Shown one piece after another: positions 1 through 10,425 of a DNA stretch of 64,000 nucleotides. Below the pieces are notes generated by a model that saw nothing but the letters and a program-made list of their open reading frames with translations, was not told the origin of the DNA and made no database searches. The stretch comes from an uncultured Bacteroidales bacterium (lineage in GTDB: Bacteria > Bacteroidota > Bacteroidia > Bacteroidales > UBA7960), in the NCBI GenBank assembly GCA_964614525.1, contig CAZTPA010000003.1:40136-104135 (forward strand). Reading direction: 5' to 3'. How positions within the stretch are numbered: position 1 is the stretch's first letter; the number at the start of each line of letters is the position of its first letter. Position numbers and translations under genes: made by a program.

Positions 1-227
1 GCTGCAATTACCACATTGTCAAATTCAGACAATGACAGCAATGCTTGCCTTTCAATTTCTCTGAATGTTTGCTCACCGTCTTCCTTTATTATACGCTCTA
101 TTTTTTTTTGAGCTTTTTCTTCAACAAGGATGTCCAAATCAATAAAATCAAAATTAATTTTTCTTGATAACCTTTTGCCAAGAGATGATTTTCCGCAGCC
201 CATAAAACCAATAAGAAATATGCGCAT
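1..227 (-). CDS. aroK: Shikimate kinase, partial (N-terminal part only; runs off window start)
   Basis: Own reverse-strand translation from ATG (cat at 225-227): MRIFLIGFMGCGKSSLGKRLSRKINFDFIDLDILVEEKAQKKIERIIKEDGEQTFREIERQALL. It has a Walker-A GxxGxGKS and the D-x-D and ExxFRxxE motifs typical of shikimate kinase. It is not in the ORF track because it is truncated. Confidence 0.8.
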   Translation of the reverse strand, partial: MRIFLIGFMGCGKSSLGKRLSRKINFDFIDLDILVEEKAQKKIERIIKEDGEQTFREIERQALLSLSEFDNVVIA

Positions 228-434
228 GTTGTTCGTTAAGTGTTTTATTATTATAAATATTTTCCTTGCAAGCTAAATTACAAATATCTTCGTTATACCG
301 CTAATTGCATTTTAAATTATTTAACTTATTGTTATACAGTATAGATAATTTTAATGCTTATATAAGCTCAAATTGTCGGTTTCATTATCTTTACAAAAAT
401 TTTGTAATATTATGTTAAACGCAAATATTCTTTC

Positions 435-1706
435 ATGCTAAAAAAGTTTATTAAGGGATCTGATCTTATTCCAAATATAATGACTCTGGTATTTGGAACT
501 TTTCTGGCTCAATTAATACCGATTTTGCTGCAATCTGTATTAAGAAGGATATATACAGCTGAGGATTTTGGTGCGATTGCTGTTTTTATTAGCATTACAA
601 GTATTTTTGTTATGTTTTCAACATTGAGATATGAAATTGCAATAAACCTTCCAAAGAAAAAGGCAGATGCTGTAAATCTCGTGTTTTTGTCACTATTCTT
701 TAGTTTTGTTTTTAATATAATCTTGTTTCTAATAATATTTTTCTTCAATAAGACTATAGTAAATCTGATTAATCTGTCTCCCCAACACTCTTATATTTTG
801 TATTTTTCTCCATTAAGTATCTTTTTATTCAGTACATATCAAACGATAAACTATTATCTTGTCAGAGAAAAAGCATTTGGAGATATCTCCAAAAACAAGG
901 TTTCCAGAAGAATGGCAGAAGGTATAGTGCAAACTGGCTTTGGTTTTCTCAAAAACCCATATGGCTTGTTGATAGGTGATATTGCAGGGCATATAACACA
1001 TAATTTAGCAGCCTTGTATCAAGCAATAAAGAAAGGTTTTACTTTTAGATTATTTTCTGTAAGAAGACAAATTGAACTTGCTATTGAGTACAAAGAATTT
1101 CCGTTGGTTAATCTTTTTCCGTCCTTTTTAAATGCTATATGTTTGAATATCGTTGTGATATTTATTTCTATTTTTTACAGCTCTGAAATAGTTGGCTATT
1201 TTGATCTCACGCGTTTGGTGCTGGCTGTTCCGGCAATGATGCTTACACTTAGTATTTCACAAGTTTTGTTGCAAAATGTTACTCAAAAAAGAAATAATTC
1301 TGAAAGCATAAAAAATGATATTAAGAAATTATTGATTGGATTATCTTTTGTTGGGACAACAATGGTAATTGTTATTCTTTTAATAGCTCCATGGGCTTTT
1401 AAATTATACGCCGGTGAAGCTTACAGAATTTCAGGTGTATTTTCCCAGATTCTGGTTCCTGCAGCAGCACTGAAAATCATTGTTTCGCCTATCAGCATTG
1501 TTTTTATTGCCTTAAAAAAGATAAAAATAATAAGTATATGGCAGATTAGTAATTTTGTATTGCTTTGTTCACTCTATTTTTTTAGGCATTTAGAGATTGT
1601 GGATTTTCTGAAAGTTTATGTTGCTATTGATATAATCTCATATAGTGTGTTCTTTCTGCTAATTATTAATTTGATAAAAAAATATGAGCAAAGCATAAAA
1701 AAATAG
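435..1706 (+). CDS. Polysaccharide/O-unit flippase, Wzx-like (MOP superfamily)
   Basis: 423 aa and highly hydrophobic, with about 12 predicted TM segments. The N-terminus (LIPNIMTLVFGTFLAQLIPILLQSVLRRIYTAEDFGAIAVF) resembles the polysaccharide biosynthesis protein (Wzx) family. It sits in a glycan locus. Confidence 0.7.
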   Translation: MLKKFIKGSDLIPNIMTLVFGTFLAQLIPILLQSVLRRIYTAEDFGAIAVFISITSIFVMFSTLRYEIAINLPKKKADAVNLVFLSLFFSFVFNIILFLIIFFFNKTIVNLINLSPQHSYILYFSPLSIFLFSTYQTINYYLVREKAFGDISKNKVSRRMAEGIVQTGFGFLKNPYGLLIGDIAGHITHNLAALYQAIKKGFTFRLFSVRRQIELAIEYKEFPLVNLFPSFLNAICLNIVVIFISIFYSSEIVGYFDLTRLVLAVPAMMLTLSISQVLLQNVTQKRNNSESIKNDIKKLLIGLSFVGTTMVIVILLIAPWAFKLYAGEAYRISGVFSQILVPAAALKIIVSPISIVFIALKKIKIISIWQISNFVLLCSLYFFRHLEIVDFLKVYVAIDIISYSVFFLLIINLIKKYEQSIKK

Positions 1707-1774
1707 ATTATACAATGCCCTAAATGAAATATTGAATAAGTTTGCACTTTTTTTTAGTCTTTCTATAGAATACA

Positions 1775-3364
1775 ATGGAAATTAATAGTTATAAAAATCT
1801 AAGAAGACATTCAATCCATTTTTGGATTTATTTCTTTTGCCTTTGTTTGCTTGTAGTTTCTATGCCTACTTCAAGATTTTTGATTAGTGCCAGCCAGATT
1901 CTTATGGGGCTAAACTGGATTGCCGAAGGACAGTTTAAATCAAAATTTAATAAGTTTTTTAGTAATAAAGCAGCTGTAGTTTTTACCTTAATCTACGGCA
2001 TACATATACTTGGATTATTTTGGTCAGAGGATTTGCATTATGGATTTTTTTATGATTTGAAACATAAGATACCTACACTGACTCTTACTTTGTTTATTGT
2101 TACTTCGCCGGCTCTTGATATTAAAAAGACAAGATTTGTCCTTTTCTTATTTGTGGCAACTGTACTTGCAGTTTCCTTTGTTGGTTTCTTTAACTTTTTA
2201 ACTAAAGACCTTAGTCATTACAGGTATATTCTGCCTGTTGGCTCTCATTTATATTATAGCATGATGCTGATTTTGTCGGCAGTACTTTTGCCTTGGCTTA
2301 CGCATCAAATTACAAATAAAAAACATCTTATTATCTCCGCTTATGCTCTTTCATTATGGATGATTATCTTTTTAATGTTAATAAGATCATTGTCCGGAAT
2401 CGGTTCATTAGTAGGTGTTATTTTCTTTTTGATAATTTGGTTTGTGAGAAATTATGAAAGTTTATTTCTGAAAATCTCTATTATTACTCTATTTATTATT
2501 GCATCGGTTGTTTCTATCGTTGTTTTATTTAATATTTACAAAGAATCAACCCATTTTGTCGAATACGACTTTTCTAAACTTGAGAAATTTACCGATGAAG
2601 GTAATCCATACAGGCATGATACTCTGAATTTTCAGCGGGAAAACGGACGGCTCGTATCTATTTATATATCTGACATAGAGCTTGAAAAGGAGTGGAATAA
2701 GCGCAGTGATATTGATTATCACGGTAAAGCAAAAAATAACCGGGTATTAAGGCATGTGCTTTATAATTATATGACATCTAAGGGTTTACGTAAAGATAAA
2801 GAAGGGTTTAAAGAGCTGTCTGAAGAAGATATTAAAGAGATAGAGAAAGGTACTCACAACTATTTATATGCTGATTGGCCGGGAGTTTTTCAAAGAATTC
2901 ATCAAACAATGGCCGGTGTAAATATTTACATGGAAACTAATAATCCGAAGTATAGTACGCTTGCGCAAAGAATTGAACTTTGGGATGCTGCAATCGAAGC
3001 AATTAAAAATAAACCCCTTATAGGGTGGGGAACAGGTGATATTTATCTTGCAATCCAATATGGGTTGGAAAAGAATAAATCTAAATATTTTCAGGGCAGA
3101 GATGTGAAGCCTCATAATCAATATTTGTTATTTTTAATTACATTTGGGATTGTTGGCTTTGCCCTTATTGTATACTTTTATATCTACACTATACGAAAAT
3201 CGAAAGGTATTGCATTTTTACCTTTTAATATTTTTGTGGTGATCTTTGCAGTTAATATGCTTGGGAATAATCCAATTGACGGACAATTTGGACAAACAAT
3301 GTTTGTCTTTTTTACAGTGTTCTTCTGTTTTGTTTATCCTAAACCTGAAAAAAAAGTGCACTAA
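1775..3364 (+). CDS. O-antigen ligase/polymerase family membrane protein (Wzy/WaaL-like)
   Basis: 529 aa and polytopic. The late segment KPLIGWGTGD...KPHNQYLLFLITFGIVGF matches the Wzy_C-type G-x-G and H-N-x-y-L motif. A soluble charged loop of about 150 aa precedes it. Confidence 0.6.
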   Translation: MEINSYKNLRRHSIHFWIYFFCLCLLVVSMPTSRFLISASQILMGLNWIAEGQFKSKFNKFFSNKAAVVFTLIYGIHILGLFWSEDLHYGFFYDLKHKIPTLTLTLFIVTSPALDIKKTRFVLFLFVATVLAVSFVGFFNFLTKDLSHYRYILPVGSHLYYSMMLILSAVLLPWLTHQITNKKHLIISAYALSLWMIIFLMLIRSLSGIGSLVGVIFFLIIWFVRNYESLFLKISIITLFIIASVVSIVVLFNIYKESTHFVEYDFSKLEKFTDEGNPYRHDTLNFQRENGRLVSIYISDIELEKEWNKRSDIDYHGKAKNNRVLRHVLYNYMTSKGLRKDKEGFKELSEEDIKEIEKGTHNYLYADWPGVFQRIHQTMAGVNIYMETNNPKYSTLAQRIELWDAAIEAIKNKPLIGWGTGDIYLAIQYGLEKNKSKYFQGRDVKPHNQYLLFLITFGIVGFALIVYFYIYTIRKSKGIAFLPFNIFVVIFAVNMLGNNPIDGQFGQTMFVFFTVFFCFVYPKPEKKVH

Positions 3365-3405
3365 TGTTTTCTCAATTTATGTAAGTCTTTGAATATAAAT
3401 CGAAC

Positions 3406-4593
3406 ATGAGTTATAAGTTATATAATACAATTTCTTTGAGTCATATTTATAAACTCATTTTTTTTATTGGCCTTTTTGCCATAAATATTAGTATTATTGA
3501 AATTTTTGAACTTTTTGCTTCTTTTGATATTTTCGGTATTATTATTATAATAATGACTGTTTTGTCAGTTTCAGTTATTATGTTTAACGGGAGACACATA
3601 AAAGACAGAAATTTCATTGTAATTATAGCTTCCATTTTGCTATTCTATATTTATTTGTATATTTCTTCCATCTCGGAATTTTATGCTTATGGCATGATTA
3701 AAGCATATGTGGGAGTTTTATTGCCTTTGACTATTATTATGTTTTTCTCTCCATACATTTGGAATAAAAATGAAGTTTTGTCTTTTTTGCTTTTTTCTAT
3801 AATTGCTATTTCAATATTCGCAATAGGTTTTAAAATTAATTATGGCATTTTCGACCGTGAAGTAAACTTTGGTTTGTTTGGTCCTATTACATACGGATGG
3901 TTTATGGGTTTTGGAATTTTATCGGTTATGCTAAGAACCAAACCTTTTAAATATAGTCTTTTATTAGTTTTGTTTTTCTTTTTACAAATGATTTGGACAG
4001 GGTCAAAAGGACCTCTTTTTGCCTTTTTGCTTATAGTTATTATTTATTACAGAAGTAATATTATTAACTTTTTTATAAAGTATTATTTGCTGTTAATTCC
4101 AATTTTTTTGCTGATAGTTTTTGTTGGCTATTTTGCAATAAATAGCAGTATGAATTCAGGAATCTTAGAAATTAGACAAATATCTACCGTTGTGAGTTTA
4201 GTTGAGAACCCCGGACGCTTTATAGCAGAAGAGGGGGCAGGGTCAGTAGGCTCAAGAATGAATCTAATCAAAGAAGCATTTAATGGTTTTATTAATAAGC
4301 CTTTGTTTGGACATGGATTTGGCAGTTTCCCTTCTATTACTAAGTCACATCATGATTATCCTCATAATATATTTATGGAGCTTATGGTTGAAACCGGATT
4401 GCTTGGATTACTATTCTTTATTTTTGTTTTAGGAGTATTAATTTATAGAAATCCGCTGAAATGGTTTGGTTTGTTTGGAATATTAATTCTTTCTTTTAGT
4501 GGTGATTTGTCATATTTCAGATATGTTTTATTTATTTTGCTTATAGGACATTTAATCTCATTTTCTGATAGGAAGCTTATTGAAGAAATATAA
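3406..4593 (+). CDS. O-antigen ligase/polymerase family membrane protein (second Wzy-like)
   Basis: 395 aa and polytopic. KPLFGHGFGSF...HHDYPHNIFMELMVETGLLGLLFF matches the Wzy_C-type motif. Confidence 0.65.
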   Translation: MSYKLYNTISLSHIYKLIFFIGLFAINISIIEIFELFASFDIFGIIIIIMTVLSVSVIMFNGRHIKDRNFIVIIASILLFYIYLYISSISEFYAYGMIKAYVGVLLPLTIIMFFSPYIWNKNEVLSFLLFSIIAISIFAIGFKINYGIFDREVNFGLFGPITYGWFMGFGILSVMLRTKPFKYSLLLVLFFFLQMIWTGSKGPLFAFLLIVIIYYRSNIINFFIKYYLLLIPIFLLIVFVGYFAINSSMNSGILEIRQISTVVSLVENPGRFIAEEGAGSVGSRMNLIKEAFNGFINKPLFGHGFGSFPSITKSHHDYPHNIFMELMVETGLLGLLFFIFVLGVLIYRNPLKWFGLFGILILSFSGDLSYFRYVLFILLIGHLISFSDRKLIEEI

Positions 4594-5885
4594 TGAAAAA
4601 ATTATTAAGCAATTTTAAGGGAAATTTCTTTAAGTTACTATTTGCAACTGTTGTTGGGGTTGTATTTGGACTGGTTTACAGAGTTTCCCAAGCATGGTTG
4701 TTTGGAAGTTCTGATGAGTTTGCTTTTTATTTAATAATGAGTATTAGCTTGTCTTTTTTTGTGCAAATTGTAGGTCAAACTGCATTGGAGGGTAATCTTG
4801 TTCCGGATTTGACTAAAGCAATTACAAATAATAAACATGTTTCTTTTAAGCTTTTGCAAAAAGATACTATAAAGTTTGCAGTGATATTCGGACTTATTAA
4901 TTTCTTAATCGTAATAGGAATAGTTATAATCTCCGGATATACCCTGAATTTGTATTATCTTATTATTGCATTATTGCTTGGTTTGGCTCTTACAATTTAT
5001 ATCTTTAATTCTGTTGGCTTGATGATTACACAGGCCAGAGGAGACTATAGGTTGTATAGCAGAACAATGATCGCAAATGCTATATTTAGAGGTGGCTCTA
5101 TGTATCCGTTAGGATTGAGCATGGGTATTGTCGGAGTGGCAATTAATAAAGTTTTAAGTTTTTTAGTGTTGTTTTTTGGAGGTTGGAATGGAATTAGAAA
5201 AGAGAAAAATCTTAATGCTGATAAAAGTGATATTTATCATCCTCGCATAACGCTGAGAAGTTTTAATTTAATATCTTTATTTTTAGCAAATTATTACTCC
5301 TTTTTTGTCATGATTGCAAGCATATTATTTGGATTGAAAGGAGATTCGAATATTACCAATTTTTCGTATTCTGTTGCAATTCTCGGTCTTATTATAAATA
5401 CTATAGGCAAGGCGACAAATACAATTCTTATTAGAGAAACCTCAATTAATTTTAATTTGAAGAGAGTCCGTAATTTTCTCTTTTTAGTGCTGGGAATTTC
5501 CTTGGGATTTATTACTATTATGATATTTTTTGGTCAAGAAATAGTTGCAATAATATATCAAAGAGGTGCATTCACTGAAAGTGACACTCTAATTACTTAT
5601 AATTTGCTTATAAAATTATTTTTGCCGTTTATTTTTTTAACAGCTTTTGGAGTCATCCTTCAAACTGTGCTGTCAGCCGAAAAAAATATCTTAAGCTTGT
5701 TTAGAAAGATTTGCGGGTATACTCTTTTTTCAATAATTGCAGTTCTGATATTTCTTTTGTTATCCAACGTTATTTCAACCAACTTAGCAGTCTTGATTTT
5801 CTATTATGCCGGATCTACTACATTATTAATAATTGTAAGTTGGTTTTCTTATAAGAGATTGAAAAACGCTGAGTCAAATACATAA
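4593..5885 (+). CDS. MurJ/MviN-like MOP-family flippase (second flippase of the locus)
   Basis: 430 aa and polytopic. The N-terminus (VSQAWLFGSSDEFAFYLIMSISLSF..ALEGNLVPDL) resembles the MurJ-type signature (fG.s...DaF..a..ip). Its start overlaps the previous stop (ATAATG). Confidence 0.5.
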   Translation: MKKLLSNFKGNFFKLLFATVVGVVFGLVYRVSQAWLFGSSDEFAFYLIMSISLSFFVQIVGQTALEGNLVPDLTKAITNNKHVSFKLLQKDTIKFAVIFGLINFLIVIGIVIISGYTLNLYYLIIALLLGLALTIYIFNSVGLMITQARGDYRLYSRTMIANAIFRGGSMYPLGLSMGIVGVAINKVLSFLVLFFGGWNGIRKEKNLNADKSDIYHPRITLRSFNLISLFLANYYSFFVMIASILFGLKGDSNITNFSYSVAILGLIINTIGKATNTILIRETSINFNLKRVRNFLFLVLGISLGFITIMIFFGQEIVAIIYQRGAFTESDTLITYNLLIKLFLPFIFLTAFGVILQTVLSAEKNILSLFRKICGYTLFSIIAVLIFLLLSNVISTNLAVLIFYYAGSTTLLIIVSWFSYKRLKNAESNT

Positions 5886-5896
5886 TTATTTTTTTA

Positions 5897-7114
5897 ATGA
5901 AACTGATTTATTTACATCAATATTTTAAATTCCCTAATGAGTCAGGAGGTACCAGATCTTACGATTTGGCCGTTGGTTTTTCAAAGAAAGGACATCTGGT
6001 CAATGTTGTTACCACTACTACAGATGAGAAGTATAAAGGGAAGAAACGATGGACTCGAATTGAGAAAGAAGGCCTCACGGTTTATTATATTTACTTGCCG
6101 TATGATAATAAATTGTCTTATCTGAAAAGGACAATGATTTTTTTTCAGTTTCTTTGGTTTTCAAGCTTTAAACTATTGGCAATAAAGGCAGATTTAGTTA
6201 TTGCAACCTCCACGCCTTTAACTATTGGAGTGCCTGCATTGATTAAAAAGTGGAGGCAAAAAATTCCATTCATTTTTGAAGCAAGGGATATCTGGCCCGA
6301 AGCAGTTATAGCTATTGGTGCAGTAAAAAACAGAGTCATTAAATATTTGCTTTACAAACTTGAAAGAATAATATATAAAAATGCAGTTGCAATAGTGCCC
6401 CTATCTGTTGATATGAAGCGTTCTATTGTTAATCGCTATCCCAAACTTATACGAAAACCAATTGTTGTTATCGAAAATATATCTGAGATTAATCGTTTTC
6501 AAAACAATTATGATAAAAACAGATCTGTACTTAAAGAAAAAATAGGTTTTGTTCCTCGGTTTAGTATATTATATGCAGGAACTTTCGGAAAAGTAAATGG
6601 TATTGATTATGTTGTGAACTTAGCTAAGAGAACTATTAAGATTGACCCGACAATTGTGTTTGTTTTAATTGGGAAAGGAGCTCAGAAAGATAATATAATA
6701 AAGCTTTCAAAAGATTATGGTATTTATAATAAGAATATCTTTTTTTTGAATCCTGTTGGCAAAAAAGATTTACCTCAGTTTTATTATGAGGTAAATATGG
6801 GCAGTTCTTTTGTTATTGATATAAAAGAATTGTGGGCAAATTCTGCAAATAAATTTTTCGATACCCTGGCTGCCGGGAAACCTATTCTGATTAATCATAA
6901 AGGTTGGCAGGAACGTACAATACTGGATAATAATCTTGGATATGTTTTGCCCCCGCAATTATCAGAAAAAGATGTTGAAGATTTTGTCAGATATACAAAT
7001 AACAGCAATTTGCATAAAACTCAAATGCAAAATGCTTTGGAGAAAGCTAAAGCTTCTTATTCTTTGGATATTGCAGTTGAAAAATATTGTAATATTTTTG
7101 AAAATGTTAAATAG
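5897..7114 (+). CDS. Glycosyltransferase family 4 (WbuB-like)
   Basis: 405 aa. The N-terminus MKLIYLHQYFKFPNESGGTRSYDLA is characteristic of WbuB-type GT4 enzymes. The C-terminal half carries a GT-B E-x7-E-like region (NSANKFFDTLAAGKPIL). Confidence 0.8.
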   Translation: MKLIYLHQYFKFPNESGGTRSYDLAVGFSKKGHLVNVVTTTTDEKYKGKKRWTRIEKEGLTVYYIYLPYDNKLSYLKRTMIFFQFLWFSSFKLLAIKADLVIATSTPLTIGVPALIKKWRQKIPFIFEARDIWPEAVIAIGAVKNRVIKYLLYKLERIIYKNAVAIVPLSVDMKRSIVNRYPKLIRKPIVVIENISEINRFQNNYDKNRSVLKEKIGFVPRFSILYAGTFGKVNGIDYVVNLAKRTIKIDPTIVFVLIGKGAQKDNIIKLSKDYGIYNKNIFFLNPVGKKDLPQFYYEVNMGSSFVIDIKELWANSANKFFDTLAAGKPILINHKGWQERTILDNNLGYVLPPQLSEKDVEDFVRYTNNSNLHKTQMQNALEKAKASYSLDIAVEKYCNIFENVK

Positions 7115-7174
7115 TTTTCTTAATAAAATAAATTAGCTTAGCATAGAAATCTGAAATTAAAATATAAATAAAAT

Positions 7175-7786
7175 ATGTATAAAAGCTTTTTTAAAAGAAT
7201 TATTGATTTACTACTATCTCTGTTTTTTTTGCTTTTGATATCACCACTGTTTATTGCGATTAGCTTATTTTTATCAATTGCCAACGATGGCAAACCTTTT
7301 TTTGTTCAGAAGCGTCCCGGCAAAAATGGTAGAATATTTAAGATTATTAAATTCAAAACCATGAATGATAAAAAAGACAGCCACGGTAACTTATTACCAC
7401 CTAAACAGAGAATTACAAAAATAGGGAAGTTAATAAGGGCAACATCGCTTGATGAGTTACCTCAGTTGATTAATGTGCTAAAAGGAGATATGAGCCTGAT
7501 TGGACCCCGGCCACTCCTTGTAGAATATTTACCTTTATATAATGATTTTCAAAAACGCCGACATGAGGTAAAACCCGGAATTACCGGCTGGGCGCAAGTT
7601 AATGGACGAAACGCTATTTCGTGGGAGGAGAAATTTAAATTTGATGTATGGTATGTTGATCATGTTTCTTTCGTTTTAGATATAAAGATTATATTACTTA
7701 CTATAAAAAAGGTTATTTTTAGAGAAGGTGTTGATAAAACTAAAGATATAACAATGGAGCCCTTTAAAGGTACTCCTTCAAAATAA
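7175..7786 (+). CDS. Initiating undecaprenyl-phosphate sugar-phosphate transferase (small PglC/WcfS-type Bac_transf)
   Basis: 203 aa with a single N-terminal re-entrant helix, then KPFFVQKRPGKNGRIFKIIKFKTM...DELPQLINVLKGDMSLIGPRP, the canonical bacterial sugar transferase motifs. Confidence 0.85.
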   Translation: MYKSFFKRIIDLLLSLFFLLLISPLFIAISLFLSIANDGKPFFVQKRPGKNGRIFKIIKFKTMNDKKDSHGNLLPPKQRITKIGKLIRATSLDELPQLINVLKGDMSLIGPRPLLVEYLPLYNDFQKRRHEVKPGITGWAQVNGRNAISWEEKFKFDVWYVDHVSFVLDIKIILLTIKKVIFREGVDKTKDITMEPFKGTPSK

Positions 7787-7792
7787 AACATT

Positions 7793-8425
7793 ATGAAAGT
7801 TGTAATTGCCGGTGCAGGTACTTATGGGGCAGTTTACCACAAGTACATATCCGAACAGGGAATTCATGAGGTATTGGGTTTTGCTGACGATGATCCAACA
7901 AAGATAGGCACAAAAATATGTGGATTAGAAGTGATATGTGAGACTAATAATTATAAAAAACTCAAGGAGATTGGAATAGAGGGAGTTTTTTGTCCTATTG
8001 GAAACAATAAGATAAGATATAAAATTCTTACCGGTTTTAGTGATAATGGTTTTGCAACTCCGGGATTTATCCACGATAGTGTTATTATTCCTGAAGATAT
8101 AATAATTGAAAAAGGTGTTTATATATTGCCGGGCAGCATTATAATGCCATTTGTAAATATTCATGATTATGTTATGATAAGCATGGGCGTTAAAATAGCG
8201 CATCATACAATTCTCAGGAAAGCTTCTTTTATTTCAACCGGTGCTAATATTGGTGCAAATATTGATTTTGGAGAATATGCATTTGCAGGTATTGGATGTA
8301 CACTTACTACAGGAGTTGAAAGTATTGGTAATGGTGCTACTATTGGTGCCGGTGCTGTTATAATCAGGGATGTGCCTGCTAATGCTGTTGTTGTTGGTAA
8401 TCCGGGCAGAATATTAGAAAAATAG
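7793..8425 (+). CDS. NeuD/PglD/VioB-family sugar N-acetyltransferase (left-handed beta-helix)
   Basis: 210 aa with an N-terminal Rossmann-like MKVVIAGAGTYG and C-terminal hexapeptide repeats (IGANIDFGEYAFAGIGCTLTTGVESIGNGATIGAGAVI..VVVGNPG). Confidence 0.8.
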   Translation: MKVVIAGAGTYGAVYHKYISEQGIHEVLGFADDDPTKIGTKICGLEVICETNNYKKLKEIGIEGVFCPIGNNKIRYKILTGFSDNGFATPGFIHDSVIIPEDIIIEKGVYILPGSIIMPFVNIHDYVMISMGVKIAHHTILRKASFISTGANIGANIDFGEYAFAGIGCTLTTGVESIGNGATIGAGAVIIRDVPANAVVVGNPGRILEK

Positions 8426-8451
8426 AAGATGAATTATTTAATTTAGAAAAT

Positions 8452-9534
8452 ATGAAGATAGTGACTGTCATCGGCGCTCGTCCTCAGTTTATTAAAGCTG
8501 CAGCGGTTAGCAGGATTATTCGGGAAGAATATAGCAGTGAAGTAGAAGAGATTATCCTTCATACAGGCCAGCATTATGATGTAAATATGTCTGATGTTTT
8601 CTTTGATGAAATGGAAATACCTAAACCTCATTATAGATTTAATATCAATGGTGTTAATCACGGAGCTATGACAGGCCAGATGATGGAGAAAATAGAGGAG
8701 GTGCTTCTAAGTGAAAAACCAGATTGTGTTTTGGTATATGGCGATACAAACTCCACATTGGCAGGAGCTTTAGCAGCAAAAAAACTGCACGTAAAATTAG
8801 CTCATGTAGAAGCAGGATTGCGTTCTTTTAATATGAAAATGCCGGAGGAAATTAATAGAATTGTTGCCGACAGAATTAGTGACTTTCTGTTTTGTCCAAC
8901 AAAAAAAGCTATTAGTAATCTACATATTGAAGGTTTTGATAAATTTGATTGTAATGTATTACACTCAGGTGATGTTATGCTTGATGCTGCATTGTTTTAT
9001 AGTCAAATAAGTTCTGAAAAATCTAAAATTATTAACGAGCTCAGTCTTGAGGAATATGTTCTTGCAACATTCCATAGAGCAGAAAATACTGACAATGAAA
9101 ACTCATTGGCCAATATTGTGAATGGATTAAATCATATAAATACTGAAATTCCTGTAATTGTTCCGGTTCATCCGAGAACCCGGAAAAAAATTTCTGATTT
9201 TAATTTAAAAGTTAATTTTAAACTTATTAATCCGCTCGGTTATTTTGATATGATTGAATTAATTAAAAATTCCAAACTGGTATTAACAGATAGTGGAGGC
9301 TTGCAAAAAGAAGCATTCTTTTTTAAAAAAATATCAGTTACCATGCGCGAAGAAACTGAATGGGTCGAGCTTGTAGAAAATGGTTTTAATATCTTATCAG
9401 GATCAAATTCAGAAAAAATTTATAATTCATATCTTAAGGCCATTAATATGAATCCCGATTTTTCCCTGAATCTTTATGGAAAGGGAAATGCATCTTCATT
9501 AATTGTGAATGAATTATTAAAGAGGCTTTCTTAA
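8452..9534 (+). CDS. wecB: UDP-N-acetylglucosamine 2-epimerase (non-hydrolysing)
   Basis: 360 aa. MKIVTVIGARPQFIKAAAV...HTGQHYD...VYGDTNSTLAGALAA...HVEAGLRSFN..MPEEINR are classic WecB motifs. Confidence 0.9.
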   Translation: MKIVTVIGARPQFIKAAAVSRIIREEYSSEVEEIILHTGQHYDVNMSDVFFDEMEIPKPHYRFNINGVNHGAMTGQMMEKIEEVLLSEKPDCVLVYGDTNSTLAGALAAKKLHVKLAHVEAGLRSFNMKMPEEINRIVADRISDFLFCPTKKAISNLHIEGFDKFDCNVLHSGDVMLDAALFYSQISSEKSKIINELSLEEYVLATFHRAENTDNENSLANIVNGLNHINTEIPVIVPVHPRTRKKISDFNLKVNFKLINPLGYFDMIELIKNSKLVLTDSGGLQKEAFFFKKISVTMREETEWVELVENGFNILSGSNSEKIYNSYLKAINMNPDFSLNLYGKGNASSLIVNELLKRLS

Positions 9535-10364
9535 ATGTTTCTGATAATCTTGTATATAATTCCTGCAAGTAAAAATAAAAAGACAAATAGTAATAATGAT
9601 TTTTTAAGGTTATCTTTTATTTCTGTGGGTTCAGAAAAATCATGCTCAAAATAGATGATATTTTCTTTTTCTAATTCTTTTTGAATTTCAAACTGAACCT
9701 TCACCAAATCTAAAATTCCGCTAAGAGGGTAATCAATATAAACAATTGAATTTTGAGAATTAGTTTGATTTATTAGTTTGTTGTTTCTGCTCTTATGTGT
9801 TTCAAGTTCATAACTGATTTCCTCGCTTAAAGATTCCAACATGTTTTTGCGAATCTGAAATTTTGAATATAAGTTAGAATTACTTAAAAAATAATTGTTA
9901 AAGGTTTTCTCCAGATTAACCAAATAGTCTTTTTGTTTACCAAAAACTTCAATATAAATATATGTTTTACTCTTATCTAACAATGAATACTGTGTGCTAT
10001 GTTTAGAAATGTCTGATTCGTCAATAGTTGTATAATAATCAATATTACTTATGTTTTTGAGATTATTTATTGGTGTTTTAGTTTTTTCGGATAAGTATTC
10101 GTAATTTCCGGATGCAAATTGATGTTCAAATACTTTCATAAGTTTATTGAGAAGATCTTCTTCAACCCAAGTGGAAAAAACTCCCACAGTCATAAATGTA
10201 GGTTGCTTGTATTTATTATAAGCAAAGCCCGTAGAGCCTCCCAAAATAATTAATATCAGAAAAAACCAAATATTTTTGCTTATAAAAGTTTTTAAATTTT
10301 TAGCTAACTCAATAAGATCTATTTCTTTTTTTTCCATGATGAAAAATTTATTAGAATTATTCAA
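9531..10364 (-). CDS. Wzz-like polysaccharide chain-length determinant (topology-based call)
   Basis: 277 aa with TM helices near both termini (IWFFLILIILGGSTGFAY and LLLFVFLFLLAGIIY) flanking a helical, charged middle region, which is PCP-like topology. The track start is TTG; the ATG at 10337 (MEKKEIDLIEL) is more likely. It is convergent with wecB and overlaps it by 4 bp. Confidence 0.4.
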   Translation of the reverse strand: MNNSNKFFIMEKKEIDLIELAKNLKTFISKNIWFFLILIILGGSTGFAYNKYKQPTFMTVGVFSTWVEEDLLNKLMKVFEHQFASGNYEYLSEKTKTPINNLKNISNIDYYTTIDESDISKHSTQYSLLDKSKTYIYIEVFGKQKDYLVNLEKTFNNYFLSNSNLYSKFQIRKNMLESLSEEISYELETHKSRNNKLINQTNSQNSIVYIDYPLSGILDLVKVQFEIQKELEKENIIYFEHDFSEPTEIKDNLKKSLLLFVFLFLLAGIIYKIIRNI

Positions 10365-10425
10365 TACAAAAATATGAAAAAAACATACTCATAAAGTTAA
10401 TTCAGCATTTTTATAAATAAAGCAT

